Assembly (NCBI GenBank): GCA_015152475.1
Contig: SUTW01000006.1
Coordinates: 14,372-78,371 of the forward strand
DNA: 64,000 bases
Reading direction: 5' to 3'
Origin: Cyanobacteria bacterium SIG30
Lineage (GTDB): Bacteria; Cyanobacteriota; Vampirovibrionia; Gastranaerophilales; Gastranaerophilaceae
The notes below the pieces were generated by a model, which ran no database searches, was not told the DNA's origin, and saw only the letters and a list, made by a program, of their open reading frames with translations. Made by a program: the position numbers and the translations under genes. Shown here in pieces: positions 19,347 to 29,993 of this stretch. Numbering within the stretch: position 1 is the first letter of the stretch; each line of letters starts with the position of its first letter.

Positions 19347-20183
19347 ATGTATACTGAAATGACACCAAATGGCTATGGAATCTCTATTGAAAAAGGGGAA
19401 GTATTATTTAAGGATAAATCTGATTTCCAAGATGTTGAAATATTTGAATCAAGAGGATTGGGACGAGTTTTAACACTTGATGGATTAATGATGACAACAG
19501 AAAAAGATGAATTTTTCTACCATGAACTTATAACACATATCCCAATGATCACACATAAAAATCCCGAGAATGTTCTTGTGATTGGTGGTGGTGATGGTGG
19601 CACAATCAGAGAAGTTTTAAAACATAAAAGTGTTAAAAATGTTGATTTGTGCGAAATTGACGGAATGGTAATCGATGCAAGTAAAAAATTTCTTCCAACA
19701 ATTGCCTGCAAATTAGATGACCCAAAAGTAAAAATTTATGTCGAAGATGCAATAGAATTTATAAAAGATAAAAAAAATGTTTACGATGTAATTTTGATTG
19801 ATTCAACAGATCCAATGGGACCAGGAGAAGGTTTATTTACCGAAGAATTTTATACAAATGTTAAAAATTCACTAAGACCAAATGGTATCGTAGTTCCACA
19901 AAGTGAATCACCATTTGGACAACAAGAAGATTGCAGAAAAGTTTATAAATTACTTAAAAAAATCTTTAAAAATGTTGCACCATATTGTTCTCCAGTAATT
20001 ACATATCCATCTGGATATTGGTCTTGGGCATTTTGTAGTGATGATGTTGAGATACCAACGTTCGAAACACAATTAGATGAAGATAGAGCTCTTGAAATTG
20101 AAAAACAATGCAAAATATATAATTCAAAGTTCCATAAAGGCGTTTTTGCAACACCAAACTTCATAAAAGAATTAACAAAATAA
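19347..20183 (+). CDS. speE: Spermidine synthase (polyamine aminopropyltransferase)
   Basis: LTLDG..MTTEKDEFFYHE, VLVIGGGDGGTIREVLKH, DLCEIDG, IDSTDP.GPGEGLF. Confidence 0.93.
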   Translation: MYTEMTPNGYGISIEKGEVLFKDKSDFQDVEIFESRGLGRVLTLDGLMMTTEKDEFFYHELITHIPMITHKNPENVLVIGGGDGGTIREVLKHKSVKNVDLCEIDGMVIDASKKFLPTIACKLDDPKVKIYVEDAIEFIKDKKNVYDVILIDSTDPMGPGEGLFTEEFYTNVKNSLRPNGIVVPQSESPFGQQEDCRKVYKLLKKIFKNVAPYCSPVITYPSGYWSWAFCSDDVEIPTFETQLDEDRALEIEKQCKIYNSKFHKGVFATPNFIKELTK

Positions 20184-20207
20184 TGAAACAAAACAATAAA
20201 AAACAAA

Positions 20208-20229
20208 AAGGCGCTTAAATAAGCGCCTT
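20208..20229. terminator. Bidirectional hairpin terminator between speE and ffh
   Basis: AAGGCGCTT-AAAT-AAGCGCCTT is a perfect 9-bp stem flanked by A-runs and T-runs, lying between convergent genes. Confidence 0.6.
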
Positions 20230-20234
20230 AAATT

Positions 20235-21587
20235 TTATTTAAAAGGAAAATTTGGCATTCTTCCTTTAAAGTTTGGTATTCCGCCCTTTTTAAGGGTTCC
20301 AAGTCCTTTCATCATTTTTCTCATTTGTTCAAACTGTAAAATGAATTTATTAAATTCTTCATATGAAACACCAGCACCCTTTGCAATACGTTGCTTTCTG
20401 CTTGCATTTAAAAGATTAGGATTCATTCTTTCTTCTGGCGTCATGGATGAAATCATAACTTCAATGCGCTTAAATTGCTTATCACCTTCATGCGAAATTG
20501 TATCAATATCATCGTTTTTAAGTCCTGGAATTGGAAGCATTTTTAATATTCCCCCAAAAGAACCAAGCGCTTTAATTTGTTTTTGGATATTCAAGAAATC
20601 ATCAAAGCTAAATTGAGATTTAAGCATCTTTTCTTCAAGTTTTTTTGTTTCTTCAATATCGATTGTTTTTTGTACTTTTTCGACCAGTGAAACAATATCG
20701 CCCATTCCCAAAATTCGATTTGCCATTCTGTCTGGATAAAAATCTTCAAGAGGTTCGATTTTTTCACCTAAACCAATAAATTTAATTGGTTTACCAGTTG
20801 TATAAACAACAGAAAGTGCGGCACCGCCCCTTGTATCACCGTCTAGTTTGGTTAAAATAACACCGGTTAGTCCAAGTTGTTCATCAAAGTTTTTTGCAAC
20901 ATCAACTGCTTCTTGCCCCGTCATTGAGTCTATAACAAGCAATTTTTCATTCAGCTGATAACTTTTATTTATTAAAAATAATTCAGCCATCATTTCTGTA
21001 TCAATTTGCAAGCGACCAGCAGTATCAATAATGACAACCGTATTATTATTTTCTTTTGCAAATTTTAAACCTTCATCAACAATTTTTAAAACATCTGTGC
21101 AATTATCAATTTTAAAAACATCTATATTATTATCTACACACAATGTTTCAAGTTGCTTAATTGCGGCGGGCCTATAAATATCACAGGCTAAAATTAAGGG
21201 TTTTTTACCTTCATTTTTTAATTTAAGTGCAAGTTTTGCACATGATGTAGTTTTACCTGAACCTTGAAGCCCCAAAAACATAATTAAACTTGGATTTGTG
21301 TCAAGTTTAAGCTCAGCTTTTTCGAAGCCTAATAATTTTGTTAATTCGTCATGAACAATTTTAACAAGCATTTGAGATGGGTTAACTGATTTTAAAACAT
21401 CTCGCCCAATAATTTCATCTTTAATACGCGAAATAAATGCTTTAACAACAATTAAAGAAACATCGGATGCAAGTAAAGCACGCCTGATTTCTCTTAGTGC
21501 CTCATCAGTGTTTTCTTGCGTCAAAGTAGCATTACCTGACGTTTTTCTTATTATATCTTGTAATTTATCGGATAAAGATTCAAACAT
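20235..21587 (-). CDS. ffh: Signal recognition particle protein Ffh (SRP54)
   Basis: N/G domain (GLQGSGKTTSCAKLA, DTAGRL, TKLDGDTRGGAALS) and a Met-rich M domain. Confidence 0.97.
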   Translation of the reverse strand: MFESLSDKLQDIIRKTSGNATLTQENTDEALREIRRALLASDVSLIVVKAFISRIKDEIIGRDVLKSVNPSQMLVKIVHDELTKLLGFEKAELKLDTNPSLIMFLGLQGSGKTTSCAKLALKLKNEGKKPLILACDIYRPAAIKQLETLCVDNNIDVFKIDNCTDVLKIVDEGLKFAKENNNTVVIIDTAGRLQIDTEMMAELFLINKSYQLNEKLLVIDSMTGQEAVDVAKNFDEQLGLTGVILTKLDGDTRGGAALSVVYTTGKPIKFIGLGEKIEPLEDFYPDRMANRILGMGDIVSLVEKVQKTIDIEETKKLEEKMLKSQFSFDDFLNIQKQIKALGSFGGILKMLPIPGLKNDDIDTISHEGDKQFKRIEVMISSMTPEERMNPNLLNASRKQRIAKGAGVSYEEFNKFILQFEQMRKMMKGLGTLKKGGIPNFKGRMPNFPFK

Positions 21588-21617
21588 AACTAAATCTTAT
21601 CACAAATAAAACAGATT

Positions 21618-22751
21618 TTAATTGTTACCAAATAATTCTCCAAGCATATAAAGTGAACCGCAATAAACTTTAAGTGAATTATTATCTAATTTATTTTTAT
21701 CAAATCTAGTTGCTTTACCATTAAATTTTTCTGGCAAATCATCAAATTTTAACGATAAATTGTGAGAAAATTCATTTATAAATAATTCATCATCGTTTTT
21801 TACTAAAATATCAAGCATTTCAGAATAATTTTTATTTTTTAAGCAACCAAAAATAAATTGAATATGAGAATTTTTATAATTATCGTCTAAAAATTTTCTT
21901 AAAGTTCTTGCGCCGCTTGGATTATGACATCCATCAATTAAAATGTTATTTTTTGTATCAAGTTCAAGCCTAAAACGCCATTTAACGTTTGATAATGCTT
22001 TTAAAATCAAAGATTCGTTAAAATCAAATGGTAAAAATTCAAGAGAATTAAGCGCAAGAGCTAAATTTCTTTTTTGATGTTCACCATTAAGCGAAAAACC
22101 AGAAGGCAAAACTGCATCTTCTACAATTTTGATATCCTTGGTGATATTCCTAAAAACATCTAGTCCTTTATTATTAACCCCAACAACCAAAGGAACATCT
22201 TTTTTAATTATGCCAGCTTTTTCAAATGCAATTTTTTCAATTGTATCTCCGAGTCTATCTGTATGTTCCAAATCAACATCAGTTATTATTGTGACAAGTG
22301 GTTTATCAACAACGTTAGTTGCATCAAGCCTGCCGCCAAGACCTGTTTCTAGAACAAGAATGTCTACTGAATTTTTATTAAAATAATAAAATGCTACAGC
22401 TGTCAAAAGCTCAAATTCAGTTAAATGAATGTCATTTTTTAAAGCTAAATTATTAATAAAATTAATTATTTCGTTAAAATCGTTATCAGAAATTTCTACA
22501 TTATTTATTTTAAATCTTTCATTGTATCTAAATAAATGCGGGCTTGTAAAAAGACCTGTTTTAAATTCATTCTCAATTAAAATTTGATTTAATATTGCGC
22601 AAGTTGAACCTTTTCCATTTGTACCTGCAATGTGAATAACATTTAAATTATTCTGAGGATTATCAAGAAGCGCCAGAATGGCCTTAATTCGATTTAAACC
22701 AAGTTCTATATGGAATTTATCAGACGAGGTTAAAATATCAACAGCATTCAT
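21618..22751 (-). CDS. folC: Folylpolyglutamate synthase/dihydrofolate synthase (Mur ligase family)
   Basis: GLNRIKAILALLDNP...IHIAGTNGKGSTCAIL...FTSPHLFRYNERF. 377 aa, which is short for FolC. Confidence 0.8.
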   Translation of the reverse strand: MNAVDILTSSDKFHIELGLNRIKAILALLDNPQNNLNVIHIAGTNGKGSTCAILNQILIENEFKTGLFTSPHLFRYNERFKINNVEISDNDFNEIINFINNLALKNDIHLTEFELLTAVAFYYFNKNSVDILVLETGLGGRLDATNVVDKPLVTIITDVDLEHTDRLGDTIEKIAFEKAGIIKKDVPLVVGVNNKGLDVFRNITKDIKIVEDAVLPSGFSLNGEHQKRNLALALNSLEFLPFDFNESLILKALSNVKWRFRLELDTKNNILIDGCHNPSGARTLRKFLDDNYKNSHIQFIFGCLKNKNYSEMLDILVKNDDELFINEFSHNLSLKFDDLPEKFNGKATRFDKNKLDNNSLKVYCGSLYMLGELFGNN

Positions 22752-23848
22752 TTTTTAATAACCTCTAAAAGTTGGTTTTTAATATTTAATGTTGCGTTTA
22801 ATCTTGCATTTTCTTGTGCGCATTTTTTCATTGCATTAAGTTTTTCAGAATTCAACAGTAAATCATCAATAATACATTTTAAATTTTCAAATGTACAATC
22901 ACTATCTTCCAAATAAATAGATGCTCCAATTTCTTCAAGCTTTCTTGCATTTAATCTTTGATGATCTTTTGCAGCAAATGGGTAAGGGACAAGAATTGAT
23001 GGTGAATTTGAGGCGCAAATTTCAGAAATTGATAAAGAACCAGCACGCGATATAACCAAATCACAAGCAATAAGAGGTAGCGTCATATCATCAAAATAAG
23101 GCTTAATAATTGTATTTGGTGGAATACTTTCAATTTTATCAATACATTCCTGGTAATTTTTAGCGCCAGTTTGTAAAATAATTCTAAAATCTTTTTTGTC
23201 TTTATATTCATTAATCAATTTTAAAGTAGCTTCATTGATAGATTTTGCACCTTGTGAACCGCCCATTACTAAAAGCACAAAATCATTTTGAGAAATATTC
23301 ATTTCAAATCTTGCATCAATTTTTGTTTTCTTTGAAAAACTTTCTCTTATTGGATTGCCATTAAATTCAATATTATTATTCTTTAAATGCAATTTAGCGC
23401 TTTCAAAAGCAGTTGAGATTTTTGTTGCATTTCGTGCAAAAGCTCTTGAAACAATGCCTGGATAAGCATCACAATCATGAAGCATATATGGTACTTTTAG
23501 AACATTCGCACATATCAATGTTGGAGCACTAACATAACCACCTGTTGCAAAAACTACACAGGGTTTATATTTAATAAAATAAATTAATGCCTTTAAACTT
23601 GCAAAAAAAGTGTTAAAAAGCCACAAAATAAAAGACAAACCAATTTTTCTGGGCATTGCAGAAACATTTGTTGAAAGAAAATTAAAACCTTCCTTTTTGC
23701 ATATGTCAAATTCAAGTTTCTTTTTATTGCCAATATAATACAAATTAAAATCTTCGTTTTTTAATGAATTATAAATAGCAACTGCAGGATAAATATGTCC
23801 ACCTGTTCCACCACCAGTTATAAAGATTGTTTTTTTGTCTTTTTTCAT
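22748..23848 (-). CDS. murG: UDP-N-acetylglucosamine--N-acetylmuramyl-(pentapeptide) pyrophosphoryl-undecaprenol GlcNAc transferase
   Basis: FITGGGTGGHIYPAVA...GGYVS.P...GGSQGA...RAG..S..E. Confidence 0.93.
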   Translation of the reverse strand: MKKDKKTIFITGGGTGGHIYPAVAIYNSLKNEDFNLYYIGNKKKLEFDICKKEGFNFLSTNVSAMPRKIGLSFILWLFNTFFASLKALIYFIKYKPCVVFATGGYVSAPTLICANVLKVPYMLHDCDAYPGIVSRAFARNATKISTAFESAKLHLKNNNIEFNGNPIRESFSKKTKIDARFEMNISQNDFVLLVMGGSQGAKSINEATLKLINEYKDKKDFRIILQTGAKNYQECIDKIESIPPNTIIKPYFDDMTLPLIACDLVISRAGSLSISEICASNSPSILVPYPFAAKDHQRLNARKLEEIGASIYLEDSDCTFENLKCIIDDLLLNSEKLNAMKKCAQENARLNATLNIKNQLLEVIKK

Positions 23849-24999
23849 TAATTTACCCCATTTGGCATAATTCTTCTAACTTTTTTTCTTGAAATATTTA
23901 ACAAAATTCCAAGCATACACATAGTAACCACAAGAGAACTTGAACCGTAACTAATAAAAGGCATTGGAATACCTGTTGCCGGTATAAACGAACTTGCAAC
24001 CGCCATATTCAAAAGAGCTTGTGTGCCGATTGAGAAAGTTATGCCAAATGCAAGAAGTTTCCCAAACATATCAGGACACCTTGTTGCAATCAAAAATCCT
24101 CTCATAATAAAAACTAAAAATAAGATAACAATAAAAACAGAACCAATAAAACCAAATTCTTCCGCAATTACAGAAAAAATAAAATCCGTATGCCCTTCAG
24201 GCAACCAAGAAAGCTTTTGTTTTGAATTACCATACCCAACGCCAATCAAACCGCCTTCAGCAAATGCTATAAGTGATTGAATAATATTATAACCTGTACC
24301 TCTTGGGTCTCTATCTGGATTAAGCCAAGTTAAAATTCTGTCCCATTGATAACCTCTTAAATATAAAAATCCTACTGGAATAGCGCAAATTACTGATGAC
24401 AAAATAAATTTAATCGAGCCACCTGCGCAAAAATAAATTCCAAAAGTAGTCATTAAAAGCAAAAGCGCCATTGATAAATTGGGTTGCTTTAATACAAGCA
24501 ACAAAATAAGCCCAAATAAAAAATAATAAATATATTTATTTGAATCTAATATCCTTATGTCCTTTGAAAAAATATTAGCAAAACATAAAACAACTGCTAG
24601 TTTTGCAAATTCAGACGGTTGAAACCTAATTCCACCGCCGAAATTTAACCATCTTGTTGCACCGCCTGCTGTATAACCTAATGGAGTAAATGCTGTTAAA
24701 ATCAGTAAAAATAAAACAAAAAAAGCAAATGGCAAAGCCAGATTTTTAAGTTTTTTGTAATCAAATTTAAAAATTATAAAAGAACAGGCGACAACACCTA
24801 TTAAAAATCCTATTAAATGTCTTAAAACATAATATAAAGGTGTGATATTTTCTCTAATTGCTCTTGCAGAACCAGCTGAAAAAACCGACATAATACCAAT
24901 TACAACAATAAAAACCGAAACTAAAATCAATGTTTTATCGGGCGGAGTTGTTATTGTTTGTTGACTTAAATCAATTCTATTTTCATTTCTTAAAGACAT
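23848..24999 (-). CDS. ftsW: Peptidoglycan glycosyltransferase FtsW (SEDS family)
   Basis: Polytopic SEDS pattern (RFQPSEFAKL, LPEGHTDFIFSVIAEEFGFIG, IPMPFISYGSSS). The start is set at the internal ATG (MSLRNEN...) because the longer ORF runs deep into murD. Confidence 0.88.
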   Translation of the reverse strand: MSLRNENRIDLSQQTITTPPDKTLILVSVFIVVIGIMSVFSAGSARAIRENITPLYYVLRHLIGFLIGVVACSFIIFKFDYKKLKNLALPFAFFVLFLLILTAFTPLGYTAGGATRWLNFGGGIRFQPSEFAKLAVVLCFANIFSKDIRILDSNKYIYYFLFGLILLLVLKQPNLSMALLLLMTTFGIYFCAGGSIKFILSSVICAIPVGFLYLRGYQWDRILTWLNPDRDPRGTGYNIIQSLIAFAEGGLIGVGYGNSKQKLSWLPEGHTDFIFSVIAEEFGFIGSVFIVILFLVFIMRGFLIATRCPDMFGKLLAFGITFSIGTQALLNMAVASSFIPATGIPMPFISYGSSSLVVTMCMLGILLNISRKKVRRIMPNGVN

Positions 25000-26305
25000 A
25001 ATCTTTAAAAACCTCTCCTCTGTGTTCAAAACTTTTAAACATATCAAAACTTGCACAAGCAGGTGACAATAAAACAACATCAGGATTTAATTTTTGTCCC
25101 AAATCTATTGCTTCTTCGAGCGAAGATGCTCTGATTATATTATTATATCCGGCTTCATTCAAAGCACTTTCAAAACGAGAAGTTGCCTCGCCAATTAAAA
25201 CTACATCATGAATTTTTTCTTTAACTTTTGAGCAAAATTCATCAAGTGAAGTATTTTTATCGCGACCACCAGCAATTAAACAAACATTTTTTGAAGGAAA
25301 AGCATCAAGTGCCACTATTGTAGCTTCAGGATTTGTTGCTTTTGAATCATTATAAAAATCCGTATTATTGATTCTGCGTACAAATTCGCATCTGTGTTCT
25401 GGTGCTTTAAAAGTTTTAATCGCATTAACAATAGCTTCATTATCTATATTTAGAATTTTTGCAACCAAGATTGCGCACATTACATTTTGTATATTGTGTT
25501 CTCCACACAAAGGAATGTCATCAACAGAAATTATTTCTTCTTCATTAAAAATAATTTTTTCATCAACAAGACATATATCTGCTTTGTTTTTTGTTGAAAA
25601 TGCATAAACGTTACAATTAAGTTCACTATTTAATTTTGAAACCATTGAATCATCAAAATTTAATATAGCAAAAGAATCCTTACAAAGATTTTTAAATAGT
25701 TTAGCTTTTGAAAGAAAATAGTTTTCAACATTGCCATGGAAAGATATATGGTCTGGTGTTAAATTGGTAAAAATAGCGATTTTAGGTGATATTGTTGGCG
25801 AATATTCAAGCTGATAAGAACTTGCTTCAACAACAAAATAATCGAGATTTGAATCTAGATATTCAAATGGAGAGATGCCAATATTTCCACAGTATTTTGA
25901 ATTAAATTTATAAGATAACAAATGGTTTACAAGCATTGTTGTAGTTGTTTTTCCATTGGTACCCGTAATCACAACCATTTTGTTATTAAAATATCTAGAA
26001 CAAAATTCTAAATCACTAAAATATTCAATTTTTCTTTCTTGTAAAGTCTTTAAAATATTTGAATTCAATGGAACAGATGGACTTAAAATTGCAAATTCAG
26101 CATTATTTATAAATTCATCACTATGTTTTCCAAATTCAATATTAATACCTAATTTTGTTAATTTATCTATATTTCTGTCTTTTTGGTCAGATAATTCGGT
26201 TATAAAAACATCTGCGCCTTTTTTTGCAAAAAACTTGGCTGCAGCAATACCTGTAAGTGAATATCCGACTATTAAAATTTTCTTATTTCTAAAATTCTCA
26301 AACAC
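24983..26305 (-). CDS. murD: UDP-N-acetylmuramoylalanine--D-glutamate ligase
   Basis: ILIVGYSLTGIAAAKF, ITGTNGKTTT, and the Mur ligase central and C-terminal domains. Confidence 0.93.
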   Translation of the reverse strand: MFENFRNKKILIVGYSLTGIAAAKFFAKKGADVFITELSDQKDRNIDKLTKLGINIEFGKHSDEFINNAEFAILSPSVPLNSNILKTLQERKIEYFSDLEFCSRYFNNKMVVITGTNGKTTTTMLVNHLLSYKFNSKYCGNIGISPFEYLDSNLDYFVVEASSYQLEYSPTISPKIAIFTNLTPDHISFHGNVENYFLSKAKLFKNLCKDSFAILNFDDSMVSKLNSELNCNVYAFSTKNKADICLVDEKIIFNEEEIISVDDIPLCGEHNIQNVMCAILVAKILNIDNEAIVNAIKTFKAPEHRCEFVRRINNTDFYNDSKATNPEATIVALDAFPSKNVCLIAGGRDKNTSLDEFCSKVKEKIHDVVLIGEATSRFESALNEAGYNNIIRASSLEEAIDLGQKLNPDVVLLSPACASFDMFKSFEHRGEVFKDYVFKK

Positions 26306-27276
26306 TAAAATAAACCTCTAGATAAAAAATACAAACAGACTGAAAGTAAACCCATAAAAGCATTAATAAGGGCAAAAACAATAACAATTTTATTTTCGCT
26401 CCAACCTAATAGTTCAAAATGATGGTGAATTGGAGTCATTTTAAAAACTCTTTTACCAAATAATTTAAAACTTGTGATTTGTATCATAACAGATACTGTT
26501 TCACAAATAAAAATTGTAGCAATAGGAATTAGCCAAAGTTCAAATTTGCCCATTATCGCTATAACTGCAAGCAGTCCACCCAAGGCAAGACTTCCTGTAT
26601 CTCCCATAAATATTTTTGCAGGTTTTTTATTGTAATATAAAAAACCAACGCAAGAAGCACAAGCAGCACCAGAAATTATAGCAATATCAACTTGTTTGTT
26701 TAATAAACAAATTACCGTGCACGCTAAAAAAGCAAAAATAGAACAAGATGATGCAAGGCCATCAAGTCCATCCGTTAAATTCACGGCATTTGATGCGCCA
26801 ACAATCATAAAAACGGCAAAAACTGGATAAAACCAACCTAAATCAAAACTAAAATTAAACAAAGTGATTTGTGTTTGTGATGCAAAAATTAAATAAAATG
26901 CAGGAAGCATAGAAACAGCAATTTGCAACATAAGTTTCCCTTTTGCACTTAAACCTTCGTTTTTATGCCCTTTAATCTTTTTAAAATCATCTTGGAAACC
27001 AGTTATAGCATAAAAAACAAAAGTCATAAGAATAACAAACGCCCTTGTTGTAGTCGCTTCTGCCATAAAAAGTACTAAAAGAGATGCGAGTAAAATTGAA
27101 ACAATTATAAAAACACCGCCAGTAGTTGGAGTTTTTTCCTTTCCAGCATGCATTTTTGCAACTTCTTCTCTTATATATTGACCGTACATTTTCTTTTTCA
27201 TTAATGCGATATACGGAACACCTAACAAAAGTGTCAGAACTAACGCAATTAACATACAAACAGATGTCATTATCAT
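26305..27276 (-). CDS. mraY: Phospho-N-acetylmuramoyl-pentapeptide transferase
   Basis: KEKTPTTGG, NAVNLTDGLDGLA, FMGDTGSLALGG, PIHHHFE. Confidence 0.95.
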   Translation of the reverse strand: MIMTSVCMLIALVLTLLLGVPYIALMKKKMYGQYIREEVAKMHAGKEKTPTTGGVFIIVSILLASLLVLFMAEATTTRAFVILMTFVFYAITGFQDDFKKIKGHKNEGLSAKGKLMLQIAVSMLPAFYLIFASQTQITLFNFSFDLGWFYPVFAVFMIVGASNAVNLTDGLDGLASSCSIFAFLACTVICLLNKQVDIAIISGAACASCVGFLYYNKKPAKIFMGDTGSLALGGLLAVIAIMGKFELWLIPIATIFICETVSVMIQITSFKLFGKRVFKMTPIHHHFELLGWSENKIVIVFALINAFMGLLSVCLYFLSRGLF

Positions 27277-28598
27277 ATTTTTTTACCTATATAACTTATA
27301 ATTTCTTCAAACTTCATTGAGCGAGACGCTTTAAACAATAAAACATCCCCATCATTAATATTTTGAGCCAGATAATTGGCGCAATCTTCATTTGAATTAA
27401 AATGAACAGAATTCAAATTTGTATTTTTACCAATATGTTTTGCAAGTTTACCAACTGTAACTAATTTAAGATTAGAATAGTTTTCAAGAAATTCACCAAG
27501 TTCTCTGTGATATTTAATTTCGTCCTTCCCAAGCTCAAGCATATCGCCAAGAACCAAAATGTTATTTGACTCTTTATAAACTGATAAAAATGTCTTTAAA
27601 ACAGCTTTCATTGATTCAGGGTTAGCATTGTAGCTATCGTTTATAAGCGTAATACCATCAATTTTTGTAATTTCCCATCTTTTTTCAATTGGAATAAAAT
27701 TATATAAGCCCTTTTTAATGTTTTCAGTTTTTAAACCTAGGTATTTTGCAACTTCAATTGTTAGAAGCGCATTTTCAATATTATGTTCACCTTCCAGTTT
27801 AAGTTCAAAAGTTTCATTATTATAATCAAAAACAGATAAATTCTTATCTATTTTAAAAGAATTAGTATTTTTAATTGAAAGATATCTAACGTCACCTGCA
27901 AAATTTAAATTATCACGAATTAATTTATTATCATGCGCAACAAGCAATGCATTGTCGTTCAAAAATGATGCAATTTCACATTTTGCAATTGCAATATTTT
28001 TTAAACTTCCAAGTCTTTCAACATGTGCAGAGCCAACATTTGTAATAACCCCTATATCATGCCTTGCATATTTAGATAGCATTTGAATTTCGCCTAAATT
28101 GCGCATACCCATCTCAATTACCAAAACTTCAGTATCTAAAGGCATATTAAACATTGTTTCACAAAGCCCAATTTCATTGTTATGATTTAAAATAGATTTA
28201 TGCACATTATATTCGGTTGACAAAACTGAAGCCAACATTTCTTTAACAGTCGTTTTACCACAAGAGCCAGTAACTGCAACAACTTTTGGATTAACTTTAT
28301 TTCTAATATAATTTGCAAGTTGAAGATAAGTAATTAAAGTATTTTTTGAATACAAAACAAAATTAGCATTTTTGTTAATTTTTCTTTTATCTTGTGTAAA
28401 ATATCCAAGAGCTCCATTTTCAATAGCTTTATCTATAAAATTATGCCCATCAAAATTTTCACCGCGTAAAGGCAAATAAATATCGCCCTTATGTATTTTT
28501 CTTGTGTCAGTCGAGATGTCAAAAACACCATCTAAATCTCTATTAAAAATAATTTCTGCATCAGAATTATTTACTATTTCATCAATACTAAATCTCAT
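27273..28598 (-). CDS. murF: UDP-N-acetylmuramoyl-tripeptide--D-alanyl-D-alanine ligase
   Basis: DTRKIHKGDIYLPLRGENFDGHNFI, VTGSCGKTTVKEM, DSYNANPESM. Confidence 0.9.
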   Translation of the reverse strand: MRFSIDEIVNNSDAEIIFNRDLDGVFDISTDTRKIHKGDIYLPLRGENFDGHNFIDKAIENGALGYFTQDKRKINKNANFVLYSKNTLITYLQLANYIRNKVNPKVVAVTGSCGKTTVKEMLASVLSTEYNVHKSILNHNNEIGLCETMFNMPLDTEVLVIEMGMRNLGEIQMLSKYARHDIGVITNVGSAHVERLGSLKNIAIAKCEIASFLNDNALLVAHDNKLIRDNLNFAGDVRYLSIKNTNSFKIDKNLSVFDYNNETFELKLEGEHNIENALLTIEVAKYLGLKTENIKKGLYNFIPIEKRWEITKIDGITLINDSYNANPESMKAVLKTFLSVYKESNNILVLGDMLELGKDEIKYHRELGEFLENYSNLKLVTVGKLAKHIGKNTNLNSVHFNSNEDCANYLAQNINDGDVLLFKASRSMKFEEIISYIGKKI

Positions 28599-28642
28599 TC
28601 ATATATTGTAAAACAAATAAGACATGCTGTACAATAAAATTT

Positions 28643-29989
28643 ATGAAAAAAATTGCTTTTATACCAATTGATGACAGACCAATTTGTTATACCTTAATTC
28701 AACAAATTACAGCGATTGACAAGGACATTGATCTTTATATGCCAAAAAGAGAATATCTTGGAAATCTAACAAAGAGTTCTAATATAGAAGAAATTTTGTC
28801 ATGGTTAAATAATTTGGACAAAATTGATTATCTAATTTTGTCACTTGACACAATTGCGTATGGCGGATTAATCAATTCAAGAAGAAGCAATGACACCTAT
28901 GATGAAATTATTTCAAGAATAAAAAAACTTGAAAAAATTATAGAAAATAAAAAATGTAAAACATATGCTTTTTCAAGCATAATGCGAATTTCAAACAACA
29001 ATATAAATGAAGAAGAAAAAGAATATTGGAATATTTGGGGCAAAAAAATATTTGAATACTCATACCATACGCATAAAGCAAGAGCTAATAAAACTGAAAC
29101 TTGTATCGAAAACAGGATTCCAAAAGATATTTTGGATGATTATTTAAATACAAGAAATAGAAATTTTTTAGTAAATCAATATTATCTTGAAATAATTAAT
29201 AAATTTGACTATCTTATCTTTTCAAAAGATGACACAGGAAAATTTGGTCTCAATGTTGAAGAAGCAGAGATTTTAAACAAAAAAATAAAAGAAAAGAAAT
29301 TAAATGCAAAAGTAAAAACCGGTGCAGATGAAATCCCGTTAAGTCTTTTATCAAGAGCAATTATGGGTAATTCGAATCTAACAATTAATCCAATATTTAT
29401 TAAAAATGAATCAATAAATTTAATTTCAAAATACGAAGATATTTCAATCAAAGAATGCGTTATGGAACAAATTGAAATTACGGGTGCTAAAACAGACGAT
29501 CAAAATTATGATATAAAATTTTTTATAAACAATTTTGAAGCTGAACAAGGTGACCATGTTCTTGGAGATTTAATAAATAAGAACAATATCATTATTGAAA
29601 AATGCAATACACCTTACTTTATTGCTGATGTAAATAATGCAAATGGCGCAGATGATAATTTAATTGATGCCTTATTTAAAAATAGCATTGATGATAATTT
29701 TTATGGTTATGCAGGTTATAACACAAGTGCAAACACAATTGGATGCGCATTATGCATTGCAATTACAAGATATTTGGCAAAAAGATTTGATGAAAATGCG
29801 TTTAAAAAATTACTTTTTACAAGATTTATGGATGATTGGGCATATCAAGCACATATAAGAAAAACCGAATTTAATAAATTTGAACTTTACGAAAATAAAA
29901 TAAACCGTTTTTTAAAAACAAAATATACAAATCTAAAATATAATAGACCTTGGAACAGAAGTTTTGAAATAGAAATAACAATAGAATAA
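28643..29989 (+). CDS. DUF4127-like protein (uncharacterised family)
   Basis: The N-terminus KIAFIPIDDRPICY and overall length match my recollection of DUF4127 proteins. Not verified by search. Confidence 0.5.
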   Translation: MKKIAFIPIDDRPICYTLIQQITAIDKDIDLYMPKREYLGNLTKSSNIEEILSWLNNLDKIDYLILSLDTIAYGGLINSRRSNDTYDEIISRIKKLEKIIENKKCKTYAFSSIMRISNNNINEEEKEYWNIWGKKIFEYSYHTHKARANKTETCIENRIPKDILDDYLNTRNRNFLVNQYYLEIINKFDYLIFSKDDTGKFGLNVEEAEILNKKIKEKKLNAKVKTGADEIPLSLLSRAIMGNSNLTINPIFIKNESINLISKYEDISIKECVMEQIEITGAKTDDQNYDIKFFINNFEAEQGDHVLGDLINKNNIIIEKCNTPYFIADVNNANGADDNLIDALFKNSIDDNFYGYAGYNTSANTIGCALCIAITRYLAKRFDENAFKKLLFTRFMDDWAYQAHIRKTEFNKFELYENKINRFLKTKYTNLKYNRPWNRSFEIEITIE

Positions 29990-29993
29990 TTTA

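Noticed and set aside
24999-25080. N-terminal extensions of track ORFs (ftsW to 25080, rfbB to 34022, rmuC to 53216, argS to 60352, xerC/D from 15386, rfbA to 32979, small repeat protein to 48255)
   Set aside because: The extensions overlap upstream genes or a terminator hairpin, use TTG, or encode junk-like sequence (for example MLFYCHLLVQVLICLKV). Internal ATGs give canonical N-termini.
26987-27259. 90-aa same-strand alternative-frame ORF within mraY
   Set aside because: It lies entirely inside the strongly supported mraY frame. It is Cys/Tyr/Arg-rich junk-like sequence with no start signal.
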